From sequence record SRR2962707_771: a stretch of 40,178 bases of DNA, one strand, 5' to 3'. Positions within the stretch are counted from its first letter, which is position 1. Every line of letters begins with the position of its first letter. Of the stretch, positions 27,312 through 36,554 are shown piece after piece. Under the pieces are notes generated by a model. It was not told where the DNA came from. It saw nothing but the letters and a program-made list of their open reading frames with translations, and made no database searches. A program made the translations under genes and the position numbers.

Positions 27312-27947
27312 TTATTCTGCGGCCACTAAATCAACGCATTTTCCTTCCATGGCCTTGGCGTCTTCTGCGTCATGGGTGACCAGTAAGGCAGGAATGTTTG
27401 CTTTGCGGATTTCCGCAAGCACAAAAGCTCGGACTTCACGGCGCAGTGCAGGATCTAGTTTGCTAAAGGGTTCATCTAACAATAGGAAACCCGGTTCAGA
27501 CAGCAAGGTGCGTTGCAAGGCCACACGGGCTTGTTGGCCGCCGGACAATTGCTCTGGCGTGGCATTGGCTTTGTCCTTGATGCCGACTCTTTCTAACGCC
27601 TGATAGGCGCGCTCCAAGCGGTCACACTTTTTTACTTTCGCTGGAATGGCAAAACTAAGGTTTTCCAAAATACTCATATGAGGAAACAGCAGCGGTGTTT
27701 GCTGAAGCAAGCCGACGCGTCGTTCCTGCGCGGTTTTGTTATGAATGGCGACGTCGTTTAAAAACACCTCACCTTGGGCATTTAAGCCTGATGAGAGAGT
27801 GCCGCTTAAGAAATTCAATAAACTGGATTTGCCTATGCCGCTGGGGCCCATCAGGGAGACGACTTGGCCATCGTCAATCTGCACATTGAGCTCTTTGATC
27901 AATGTTTTATGGGCCAAAGACAATGAAAAATTTTTAATAATAAGCAC
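27312..27947 (-). CDS. ABC transporter ATP-binding protein, YnjD-like
   Basis: GPSGIGKS, LLFPH, LSGGQQARVAL, LLDEPFSKLD, VTHD. Confidence 0.88.
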   Translation of the reverse strand: MLIIKNFSLSLAHKTLIKELNVQIDDGQVVSLMGPSGIGKSSLLNFLSGTLSSGLNAQGEVFLNDVAIHNKTAQERRVGLLQQTPLLFPHMSILENLSFAIPAKVKKCDRLERAYQALERVGIKDKANATPEQLSGGQQARVALQRTLLSEPGFLLLDEPFSKLDPALRREVRAFVLAEIRKANIPALLVTHDAEDAKAMEGKCVDLVAAE

Positions 27948-27985
27948 GTTTTCTCCTGCTTGTGATAACCATGAGTGGTCTGCTC

Positions 27986-29713
27986 TTAAGAATTAGTAGG
28001 AATTTGTTTGTAGCATTTCTTTACGCGCAAATAGATGGCCAAGCGCCATTTGGTCCAGCGTGGCGGCAATGCGTGGGCAAGCCAAAAAACAAACACAGGG
28101 AAAAACGCTTGCAGCAGCGCCATGCTGCCAACTTGTTTTCTGTCGCCAGAAGCGGCTTGTGCCACAGCTTCTGTAGTGAGTGTGCCATAGCGGCCTTCAC
28201 CGGCAATAAGGGTCGGTAAATATTGCGCGATACTAACGGAAAAACCGATGGCAAAGGCGGTCAGCAAGGCAGGTTTAAGCATGGCCAGTTTGATAAAAAA
28301 GTAATTGAACCAGGGGCGATTGTTTAAGCGATTGGCTTGCATTAGGTAATCTTCTTGGTACGCCAAATAAGGCCCTTTTAACGACAAATAAACGTAAGGC
28401 AAAACATACATTAAATGGAGTGCAATGATCGCTGTTAGGGTGCCATTGAGGTTGATCTGAATCAGCAGTACGTGCAAGCCAAACAAAAAGCCAATTTGAG
28501 GAAGCAAAATGGGCACATAGATAAGCCAATCAAAAGGGTGGTTTTTGGTCTGTTTGGTTAAGCGCTTTGTCTCTAGCATGAGTGCGCTCATCAGGCAGGC
28601 TATGAGGGTGGCGACCAGAGCGATGATCAGCGTATTACTAGACAGCTCCAGTAACACTGGGTATGCGCGTTCTATGTTGCTCAGGGTCCAACTGGACGGC
28701 AATACATCAGGAAAGCGCCAGCGTCGGGTGAGCGACCAAATGGGTAAAATGATTAAGGAAATAAACGCGCTTGATAAAGTGATTAGACCCAGAACAACGC
28801 CCAGACGTAAAAAATAATCGGTGAGGCCTGCGCGTTTACCATTGCTGCGTTCGGCTTTAGTAAGTCGCGTAAACAGGCAGTGGGCGAGTTCCCAGCCAAG
28901 CATCACCAGCGCAATGATAATCACAAGGGCAATGGCGCCAGCACTGGCAATAAAACGCGTCGATAAGGCAGGATCGTTAAACCAATGAAATAGGGTCACC
29001 GCCAGAGTCGATGGTGTATTAGGGCCGATAACAATCGCCAGATCGACGACGGTTAAGCTAAACGCAATGACGATAAAAATCGGCATGCGAATAATAGGGT
29101 AAAGCTGCGGTATTAATACTTTACGCCAAATGGTCAGGCGTTTATAACCAAGCGTTTGGCAGACCTCAAGGCTTTTTCTGGCGTCAATGGCGTGCAAACT
29201 GGCGAGCATAATAAAGAGCAAATACGGCATTTCTTTCATCACCAACGCGAAGATCAATGACACGCCATAAGGGTCTTGCACGGTAATCCAATTTGGCGGG
29301 CGGTCAAAGCCTGTTAACCAAGGGCTAAACAGTCGCATAAGCCAACCAGATGGGCTGAGTAGAAACAACAAACCTATGGCAATAGCAGCATGTGGAATGG
29401 CAAGAATGGGGGCGAGTAGCTTTTCAATTTTCTCGAAGAAGGCCCGTTGGTAGCCCCATGCCAGCAAAGACAAGGCTATCCACAGGGCAATAATGGGGGC
29501 AATAATGCCGGTGATCAGTGTCAGTTTTAGACTGGTGTAAAACTCATTGTTTTGAAACAGTTGTTCCCACGAGGTGAGGGAAAAGTGATATTCCCCTAAC
29601 GGTGGGAAGTAGTGAAACGCTGGCAGTAGTGTGCCGACCAGTCCAACAAGGACTGGGATGGCGAGAAATAAGGCAACCAACCAGGTGATAAATCGTACGC
29701 TTTTTAATGGCAT
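27986..29713 (-). CDS. ABC transporter permease (duplicated TM domain), YnjC-like
   Basis: LAIPHAAIAIG, LSPSGW, KEMPY, VVDLAIVIGP, WRFPDVLP, QYLPTL, TLTTEAV. Confidence 0.88.
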   Translation of the reverse strand: MPLKSVRFITWLVALFLAIPVLVGLVGTLLPAFHYFPPLGEYHFSLTSWEQLFQNNEFYTSLKLTLITGIIAPIIALWIALSLLAWGYQRAFFEKIEKLLAPILAIPHAAIAIGLLFLLSPSGWLMRLFSPWLTGFDRPPNWITVQDPYGVSLIFALVMKEMPYLLFIMLASLHAIDARKSLEVCQTLGYKRLTIWRKVLIPQLYPIIRMPIFIVIAFSLTVVDLAIVIGPNTPSTLAVTLFHWFNDPALSTRFIASAGAIALVIIIALVMLGWELAHCLFTRLTKAERSNGKRAGLTDYFLRLGVVLGLITLSSAFISLIILPIWSLTRRWRFPDVLPSSWTLSNIERAYPVLLELSSNTLIIALVATLIACLMSALMLETKRLTKQTKNHPFDWLIYVPILLPQIGFLFGLHVLLIQINLNGTLTAIIALHLMYVLPYVYLSLKGPYLAYQEDYLMQANRLNNRPWFNYFFIKLAMLKPALLTAFAIGFSVSIAQYLPTLIAGEGRYGTLTTEAVAQAASGDRKQVGSMALLQAFFPVFVFWLAHALPPRWTKWRLAIYLRVKKCYKQIPTNS

Positions 29714-29742
29714 GAAGGACTAACGGCTCTATTTTAAAAACA

Positions 29743-29768
29743 GCACAGTGGGCAATAACGCACTGTGC
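29743..29768 (-). terminator. Intra-operon hairpin after the binding-protein gene (attenuator or mRNA stabiliser)
   Basis: GCACAGTG...CACTGTGC followed by TGTTTTT on the minus strand. Confidence 0.55.
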
Positions 29769-29807
29769 AGGTAGGTCTTCTGTTTAGTGTGTTTTTGACT
29801 TATAGCG

Positions 29808-31007
29808 TTATTGTGCATAACGCTTAAGCCATTCTTTTTCTAATGCTTTTACCCAGCTCGTGTGGGGTTCAGGCAAGGTCTTACCTAACTCAGCAATGCT
29901 TAATGTGGCGATTCCGCGAGGGATAGCATCGAATTTTTTCTGATCAGCGGCCGCAAGTCGATCGTAAGACAATACGCTGAGGTCTCCCCAAACGGTCGGA
30001 ATCTGCTTTTGAATCTGTGCTTCTGGTGACAGCATAAAGTTTGCGACGACTTCGGCGCCGGCCTTGGCGCTGCTGTTATAAGGAATGGCAAGGAAGTGCG
30101 TGTTGCCAATGGTGCCATTGGTAAAGACATAAGAGCGCACGGTATCGGGTAAATTGCCCTGCTGAATGGCCACGGACGCAGAAGAAATATCAAAGCTGAG
30201 TGCAACATCAATTTCTTGATCGTCTAATAAACGTATCATTTGCGTAGAATCGCTTGGGAAGGTTTCACCGTGACGCCACGCCACTTTATTCAGTTTGTCT
30301 AAATACGCCCATAAAGGCGCCGTTACCGTTTGAAAGTCGACGCTGTCGACGGGTTTAGACAGTGCGCTTTTGTCCGTTGTGAGTTCGTATAAGGCCTGTT
30401 TTAAAAAAGTAGCACCAAGGAACTGAGGTGGCGCAGGGTAGGTAATGCGGCCAGGATGTTGTTGCGCATAAGCAAGCAGTTCAGGCATGGATTTAGGGGG
30501 CGTTTTCAAGGTGGCGGTATCGTACATGAAAATAACTTGCGCCATGCCCCAAGGGGATTCCATGCCGTCCACTGGGGTGCCAAAGTCATGGGTGATGCTT
30601 TGACGAGCGTGCTCATTTACGTACTTTTTGTAGTTCGGTAATTGGGTGCTGAACGGGCCATAAAGCAATTGATTGTCTTTCATGGCGCGAAAATTTTCAC
30701 CGTTTAACCAGATCAGGTCGATAGAGCCATTGTCGTTTTTACCGGCGGCTTTTTCCGCCAGCACACGGTTCACTGCATCGGCGGTGTCGGTCAGTTTTAC
30801 TTGTTTTAGGGTAACGCCGTATTGCTCTTTGATGCGTTTTGCCGACCAGCGAATATACTCGTTCACATTGTCAGCACCACCCCATGCGTTGAAGTAAACG
30901 GTCTGGCCTTTGGCTTCTTGTAATGTGTCTTGCCAATCGGCTTTTGCTTGGATGCTGGTGAATAATAAAGCACCACTGATCGATGCAGCGATCAAAGATT
31001 TGAGCAT
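29808..31007 (-). CDS. ABC transporter substrate-binding protein, YnjB-like
   Basis: Signal peptide; AKGQTVYFNAWGG, DLIWLNGENF, ESPWGMAQ, YPAPPQF.G.TFLKQ, GTIGNTHFLAIP. Confidence 0.9.
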   Translation of the reverse strand: MLKSLIAASISGALLFTSIQAKADWQDTLQEAKGQTVYFNAWGGADNVNEYIRWSAKRIKEQYGVTLKQVKLTDTADAVNRVLAEKAAGKNDNGSIDLIWLNGENFRAMKDNQLLYGPFSTQLPNYKKYVNEHARQSITHDFGTPVDGMESPWGMAQVIFMYDTATLKTPPKSMPELLAYAQQHPGRITYPAPPQFLGATFLKQALYELTTDKSALSKPVDSVDFQTVTAPLWAYLDKLNKVAWRHGETFPSDSTQMIRLLDDQEIDVALSFDISSASVAIQQGNLPDTVRSYVFTNGTIGNTHFLAIPYNSSAKAGAEVVANFMLSPEAQIQKQIPTVWGDLSVLSYDRLAAADQKKFDAIPRGIATLSIAELGKTLPEPHTSWVKALEKEWLKRYAQ

Positions 31008-31193
31008 TCCTTTCCCCTTAAATAGTGGTTGAGGTGACTATGATGCCTGTTAGACGTATTAGTTCGACTATTTATTACAGTCGTTTTTAATACTGAGAAG
31101 GTTTTTATTAAAAATTTGTTTTAGCGTACCATGTTGCCTGCTCTGATGCCTGTTCAATGTGGGCGTGTGTATCACCGAACTATACGAGTTATT

Positions 31194-32336
31194 ATGCCAT
31201 ATCAAATTTATTCCCATACTTTGCCGAGTGCGACACTGGGCACTCAGCGCATCATCAAAGCGCATCATTTCGGGGAGCAAGGCGCGCGACCTAAAGTGTA
31301 TTTACAAGCCGGGCTTCATGCCGATGAATGGCCGGGTTTTTTGGTCCTCAATAGTTTAATCAAACTGCTTAAAGAAGCCGATGAAAAGGGCTTAATTCAG
31401 GGGGAGATTATTATTGTCCCGGTGGCCAATCCGATTGGTTTGGCGCAAAACTTTCATGGTTACATTCCAGGTCGTTTCGCGTTCTCGGACGGTGGCGGTA
31501 ATTTCAACCGCAATTGGCCTCAACTCGGCGAAAAAGTAAAAAAACGTCTCCACGGTGAAGTCAGTTCAGATGGCCAAGAAAATGTCAGTTTAGTGCGCTC
31601 GATAATAGCGCAAGAGCTGGCTGAACTGCCTGAAAATACCGAACTGCAAGGCATGAAGAAAACCTTGTTGGCCTTGTCGATGGACGCCGACGAAATATTG
31701 GATCTGCATTGTTCAGGTGAAGCCAGTATGCATGCGTACGTGGCACAAGAGTTTGAAGAGCATTTCAGGCCTTTGTTGGCGTTATTGGGTGCCAAAGTCG
31801 GCTTGTCTGAATTGGAGACGGGGGCAGCGTCCTTTGATGAAACCAATGTCAGTGTGTGGCGAACGCTTAAATCTGACTATGCCCATTTGATTCCTTGGGG
31901 CAGTCGCTCGTTAACGGTGGAATTGCGTGGTGAGAATGACATTTGTGATGAATACGCGGCGCACGATGCGAAGGCCTTGTTTGACTATTTAATATTGCGC
32001 AATGTGATCTCAGGAGACACCCCTGAGATTGATGACAGCAAGGTAGTGTATTACCCATTGGATGCAATGGATTTGGTAAAAGCCCCCTGTGCTGGCATTG
32101 TTTGTTACCGCAAAAATATTGGTGAGTCGGTGGAAGCAGGTGAAGTCATTGGTGAGGTGGTGGACTTAATGGACGACGATGTTGATGCGTCTCGTTACCC
32201 GCTGGTGGCGCGAGCGGATGGGGTGTTTTTTGCTCGCGTGCAGCGCCGTTTGGTGGTCCGTGGTGAATCGATCGCGAAAATTGCCGGCCGTGAACATCTG
32301 GCTTTTCGAGAGATCGGTAATTTATTTGAAGACTAG
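31194..32336 (+). CDS. Succinylglutamate desuccinylase/aspartoacylase family hydrolase (M14-like)
   Basis: QAGLHADEWPG, PVANPIG, NFNR, LDLHC, TVELRG and a C-terminal biotinyl-like domain. Start taken as ATG 31194. Confidence 0.88.
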   Translation: MPYQIYSHTLPSATLGTQRIIKAHHFGEQGARPKVYLQAGLHADEWPGFLVLNSLIKLLKEADEKGLIQGEIIIVPVANPIGLAQNFHGYIPGRFAFSDGGGNFNRNWPQLGEKVKKRLHGEVSSDGQENVSLVRSIIAQELAELPENTELQGMKKTLLALSMDADEILDLHCSGEASMHAYVAQEFEEHFRPLLALLGAKVGLSELETGAASFDETNVSVWRTLKSDYAHLIPWGSRSLTVELRGENDICDEYAAHDAKALFDYLILRNVISGDTPEIDDSKVVYYPLDAMDLVKAPCAGIVCYRKNIGESVEAGEVIGEVVDLMDDDVDASRYPLVARADGVFFARVQRRLVVRGESIAKIAGREHLAFREIGNLFED

Positions 32337-32347
32337 GCTACATTATT

Positions 32348-34663
32348 TTGATTGATGAGATTTTGATAGATCAGCAAGCGGCGCCACGTCAATTGACGTC
32401 TGAGCAGCGTGCTGTTGTGCAACACAATATCCACTCACCTGCAAAAGTCATCGCGGTGGCTGGGGCAGGCAAAACGACCACCTTGATTTCGCGTATTGAA
32501 TTTTTGCTTGAGCAGGGTGTAGCGGCGTCTGAAATCGGCGTTTTTATGTTTAACAAGAGCGCCCAAGAAGAGTTTAGTGAGCGTTTGAGTCAGCATTTAA
32601 AAAACTGCGGACAAGGGCGTTCGCCCAGTGTTATGACGTTTCATGGCTTTGGTTTAAAGCTTTGCCGCCGTTTAGAGCAACAGGGTTGGCTGCCCAACGC
32701 CAAACTTCTGACGGACGATTTTAGTCTAGTGAAAATGTTGCGTGAGGCGTTAAATCGCTTGGTGCGCAAAGGGGAAAAAATCACCCTGCAAGACGAAAAA
32801 GATTGGCTCGAAGATGTCTTGTTGTTTATTGATCAAGTAAAGGCCTCCGCGACCTCGGCGAGGGAGGTTTTTGACGCCCTCGGCTGGTCGAAAGAACGTC
32901 AGTTTTTTCCGGCGCTCTATGAGGAGCTTGAAGACCTGCGCAAGCGCAATAATGTTCGTTTTTTTGCTGATTTGTTGGCCGATCCATACGATTTGTTATT
33001 GGACCTTAATGAGGCAGAGCGTCACCAAGTGCACGGTTTTGTGCCGGATTTTCGTTATTTATTGATCGACGAGTTTCAAGACATCAACCCTTGTCAGTAT
33101 GAATTGCTGAAAATACTCTACCCAGCGCCGTGTCAGTGGATGATTGTGGGTGATGTACAGCAGTGTATTTACGAATGGCGTGGGGCCAGTCCTGAAATTA
33201 TGGCGAGTCAGTTTGATCGTGATTTCCAAGCGGTCGAGACCTACCCATTAAGCACGAGTTTTCGTTTTGGTCATGCAATCGGCCTGATGGCGTCGAGTGT
33301 GATCAGTGAAAATGACCCAGACGCCTTGGTGATTGGCGAAGGCAAAAGCACTCAAGTGTCTTTTGCGCGCGCCCCAAAAACCGGTAAGGCCTTATTGGGC
33401 GAATTAAAAGCCTGGGTAGAATCCGGCCGTGCGTTAAATGAGTCGGCGGTGTTGGTGCGTTTGTACAGTGACATGGTGCCGGTGCAATTGGCGCTGATGC
33501 ACAAAGGGGTGCCGTATCAATTGCATGGTGATTCACCCTTGTTGGAAAACCGACAAATACGCATGCTGATGGCGTATTTAGCGGTGATTGCCGGTGCTTT
33601 GGAGAAGCCAGATCTCTTCTTTCGTCGTGATGATGTTGATTTTCTGCTGACCGTGCCTAGCTTGGGAGGTTCGGTGGCCCAGCGTAATACCTTGATTCAG
33701 CAAGCGAGGCAGTCGCCTCATTTGTTGCCGCAAATTATTGAAACCATGGCCGACCAAGCAGAAGGGTGGCGAGCCAAAAAACTCTATGAACGAGCCGATT
33801 GGCTAAGAAGTTTGAGTATTTATCGCTCGGACCCGGCACAAGGTTTGGCGCACACGCTCGAAAAACTGGGCATTTATCGCTATTTCGAAAGCACCAGTAA
33901 CAAAGACATTCAAACCCAAGAGAAAATCGCCACCTGTGATGCTTTTATGGCCTATGTACGCGGTGTGGGCGGCGATGCCGAAAGCGTTTTGACGCAACTG
34001 GCGACCTTGAATGAAAAGCAAGCCGATGATGAACGTGGCATTCATTTGATGACCATTCATAAATCCAAGGGGTTGGAATTTAATCTGGTGTTGTTGTCTG
34101 GCTTGCAAGAAGGCCGTTTCCCTTATTATGACGAAGACCTGAGTGCGATTGATAACAAAGCCGCGAGTCAGATGGCTTCAGAGCGTCGTCTGTTTTATGT
34201 GGCGATTACTCGTGCGAAACAAAAGCTGGTGCTGTTGGAAACCCCCACACCAGAGGAAAGTAAAAAAATGAAGCGTGGCGATATTCCGAGGGCGGCATTA
34301 AAGCATTTGGCGCTGTCACGGTTTGTGTTTGAGGCTCAGCCTTATGCGGTTAGTAAAATCACTCAACTTTGGCACGAAAAAAGCTGTGAAGACCCCATAG
34401 ATACGGAAAAGGGGATCTTGTTTCAGCGTTATTTGAATCGTGTGGACCCTTCTCCGAATCTGGTGTTTCGCCATCAAATAAGTGATAACAACAAGGGCTT
34501 AAAATCCGGCGATAAAGTGCGTCATGACCAATTTGGTCAAGGGGTGGTGGTGCGTCAAGAAGCCGATGGAAAGCGCATGATTTTTGTCGATTTTGGTGAA
34601 GAAGGACTAAAGCGATTTAATCCTCAGCACACCCAGTTGGTTAAGTTGTCGTCAAGAGCTTAG
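32348..34663 (+). CDS. UvrD/Rep/PcrA family (SF1A) ATP-dependent helicase, divergent paralogue
   Basis: AVAGAGKTT, LIDEFQD, VGDVQQCIYEWRGA, SFRF, TIHKSKGLEF, ERRLFYVAITRAK and a C-terminal GDKVRHDQFGQG domain; TTG start uncertain. Confidence 0.9.
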   Translation: MIDEILIDQQAAPRQLTSEQRAVVQHNIHSPAKVIAVAGAGKTTTLISRIEFLLEQGVAASEIGVFMFNKSAQEEFSERLSQHLKNCGQGRSPSVMTFHGFGLKLCRRLEQQGWLPNAKLLTDDFSLVKMLREALNRLVRKGEKITLQDEKDWLEDVLLFIDQVKASATSAREVFDALGWSKERQFFPALYEELEDLRKRNNVRFFADLLADPYDLLLDLNEAERHQVHGFVPDFRYLLIDEFQDINPCQYELLKILYPAPCQWMIVGDVQQCIYEWRGASPEIMASQFDRDFQAVETYPLSTSFRFGHAIGLMASSVISENDPDALVIGEGKSTQVSFARAPKTGKALLGELKAWVESGRALNESAVLVRLYSDMVPVQLALMHKGVPYQLHGDSPLLENRQIRMLMAYLAVIAGALEKPDLFFRRDDVDFLLTVPSLGGSVAQRNTLIQQARQSPHLLPQIIETMADQAEGWRAKKLYERADWLRSLSIYRSDPAQGLAHTLEKLGIYRYFESTSNKDIQTQEKIATCDAFMAYVRGVGGDAESVLTQLATLNEKQADDERGIHLMTIHKSKGLEFNLVLLSGLQEGRFPYYDEDLSAIDNKAASQMASERRLFYVAITRAKQKLVLLETPTPEESKKMKRGDIPRAALKHLALSRFVFEAQPYAVSKITQLWHEKSCEDPIDTEKGILFQRYLNRVDPSPNLVFRHQISDNNKGLKSGDKVRHDQFGQGVVVRQEADGKRMIFVDFGEEGLKRFNPQHTQLVKLSSRA

Positions 34664-34727
34664 ACGTTCTACAGAGTAAGACGATGTAGAACGAAACATA
34701 ATAATAGTGAAATTGGAGGGTCCAAAA

Positions 34728-35681
34728 GTGTCTATCCCGTTAATTGATTTGGAAAAGCTCACGCACACAAATGATTCGACACGTTTGGAAGAGGTGAGGG
34801 CGCTTGATAAAGCATGCCGAGAAATCGGCTTTTTTTATCTGGTAAACACCGGTATTTCGAGTGACTTATTTAATAAACTGATGACGACAGCGAAGACGTA
34901 TTTTGCTCAGCCAGAAGACGTAAAGCGTGCCATTGATATCAAGCAAAGCCCAAATCATCGTGGCTATGGCTGCATTGGTGAGGAGCAGCTAGATGAAGTC
35001 TCCCATGCAGATTGGAAAGAAACGTTTGATATGGCGCTGGATCTGCCGATCGATCATCCGCTGGTGGCCAAATACCCAAAAATGTATGGCCCAAACCAAA
35101 ACCCTACTGACCCGGCCGCTGTAGAAGTGTTGCAGGATTATTATGTGGCGGCGTTTGACGTGGCGAAGGTGGTGCTGACCAGTATGGCGCAAGCCTTGTC
35201 TCTTGAAGACGATTTTTTCACGCGCTGTTTCACCGACCATGTCACTGTGCTGCGAATGATTCACTACCCACCTCGTCCACAGAACGACCATGATAATGGC
35301 GCTGGTGCGCATACCGATTACGGCTGTGTAACCTTGTTGCTGCAAGACCAAATTGGTGGCTTGCAGGTGAAAAACCGTCAAGGTGAGTGGGTCGATGCTA
35401 CCCCGATTGAAAACGCCTTGGTCGTGAACATTGGTGACTTGATGCAACGCTGGACAAATGACGAGTACGTATCAACCGCGCACCGTGTGGTGTCTCCAGT
35501 AGAAGGGGTTCATCGTTACTCCTTCCCATTTTTTGTGGAACCGGATTACGAAACCAATGTTGTCTGTGTTGAGTCTTGTCAGTCGGACAATAAGCCGGCG
35601 AAATATGAGCCAATTTTAAGCGGTGATTGGATACAGTCGCGCTTTGATGCGACTTACGCCTACCGTGAAAAAGAAGCGTAA
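34728..35681 (+). CDS. 2-oxoglutarate/Fe(II) dioxygenase, isopenicillin N synthase family
   Basis: IPLIDL, AC.EIGFFYL, HRGY, LRMIHYP, HTD, NIGD, HRV, RYS; GTG 34728 follows SD GGAGGG. Confidence 0.9.
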   Translation: MSIPLIDLEKLTHTNDSTRLEEVRALDKACREIGFFYLVNTGISSDLFNKLMTTAKTYFAQPEDVKRAIDIKQSPNHRGYGCIGEEQLDEVSHADWKETFDMALDLPIDHPLVAKYPKMYGPNQNPTDPAAVEVLQDYYVAAFDVAKVVLTSMAQALSLEDDFFTRCFTDHVTVLRMIHYPPRPQNDHDNGAGAHTDYGCVTLLLQDQIGGLQVKNRQGEWVDATPIENALVVNIGDLMQRWTNDEYVSTAHRVVSPVEGVHRYSFPFFVEPDYETNVVCVESCQSDNKPAKYEPILSGDWIQSRFDATYAYREKEA

Positions 35682-35696
35682 CGACAACAACGCAAG

Positions 35697-35723
35697 GAAG
35701 ATGGCCGCTAGGCGGTCATCTTC
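35697..35723. terminator. Hairpin at a convergent junction, overlapping the amidotransferase stop codon
   Basis: GAAGATGGCCGC-TAG-GCGGTCATCTTC. Confidence 0.5.
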
Positions 35724-36493
35724 ATCAGATTTGGCAGGGGTTTAACCTGGTATCTGTTGTTTTTGATGCGTGCCATATGACCCTGTGGAATCAAGGCCCA
35801 GCCATCGCTTGATAGATCTAGGGGTTCTGAGCCAATCACAATGTGCTTCTCAAACTCTTTGCAATATAAACTGGGTGCGTGATCATCGCTCGAAAAGCGT
35901 ATGGCAATCATTTCGCTGCCATTGGACAAGATGGCGGTAAAACGAAAAGGCTCAGTGATCTTCTTTTGCTCCATTAAGTTGAGAATTTGGGAGATGGTTG
36001 CGGCAATGGCTTTTTCAGGATTCTCTTCTAGACCATTTGCAATCAGCAGTAAAAAAATCACTTCTGAGTCCGTGGCGCCACGTCGCTCACTGTACAGGTA
36101 TTCTGGGATCAAACGATCAAGCTGCCAGCGTAAGTCTTCATAATCGCCAATTTGGCCGTTGTGCATAAAAAGCCAGTTTTTATAGCTAAAAGGGTGGCAG
36201 TTAGATCGATTGGTGGCGGTGCCTGTTGACGCTCGCACATGGGCGAAAAACAGCCCACTTTTAATGTGTCGGGCGAGGCTTTTTAAATTGCAATCGCTCC
36301 AAGCAGGCAGTATTTCATGATAAAAGCCCGGCTCTTCTCGTTCATCGTACCAGCCTAGGCCAAAACCGTCGGCGTTGACTGTCACTTCAGACTTTTTCGC
36401 ACTTAGGCTTTGATGGATAAGGGAGTGTTCTTGTTCAAATAACAATGACTCAAGGTAAACAGCATCACCTTGATAAGCCATCCAACGACACAT
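35708..36493 (-). CDS. Class II glutamine amidotransferase / Ntn hydrolase (EgtC/DUG3-like)
   Basis: N-terminal MCRW, NADGFGLGWY, FAHVRAST, NCHPF, FMHNG, TDSE. Confidence 0.88.
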   Translation of the reverse strand: MCRWMAYQGDAVYLESLLFEQEHSLIHQSLSAKKSEVTVNADGFGLGWYDEREEPGFYHEILPAWSDCNLKSLARHIKSGLFFAHVRASTGTATNRSNCHPFSYKNWLFMHNGQIGDYEDLRWQLDRLIPEYLYSERRGATDSEVIFLLLIANGLEENPEKAIAATISQILNLMEQKKITEPFRFTAILSNGSEMIAIRFSSDDHAPSLYCKEFEKHIVIGSEPLDLSSDGWALIPQGHMARIKNNRYQVKPLPNLMKMTA

Positions 36494-36508
36494 GGTTTTC
36501 TCCTAACG

Positions 36509-36535
36509 AAAAAGGGAGATAATCCTCCCTTTTTT
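36509..36535 (-). terminator. Intrinsic terminator after the MCP gene
   Basis: AAAAAGGGAG-ATAATC-CTCCCTTTTTT. Confidence 0.75.
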
Positions 36536-36554
36536 AAAACGATCAAGGGGTATT

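Noticed and set aside
34665-34693. Hairpin CGTTCTACA...TGTAGAACG after the helicase gene
   Set aside because: No U-tract, so not called a terminator; it may be an mRNA processing or stability element.
35708-36493. egtC of ergothioneine biosynthesis
   Set aside because: No egtB or egtD nearby; only the family-level call is supported.
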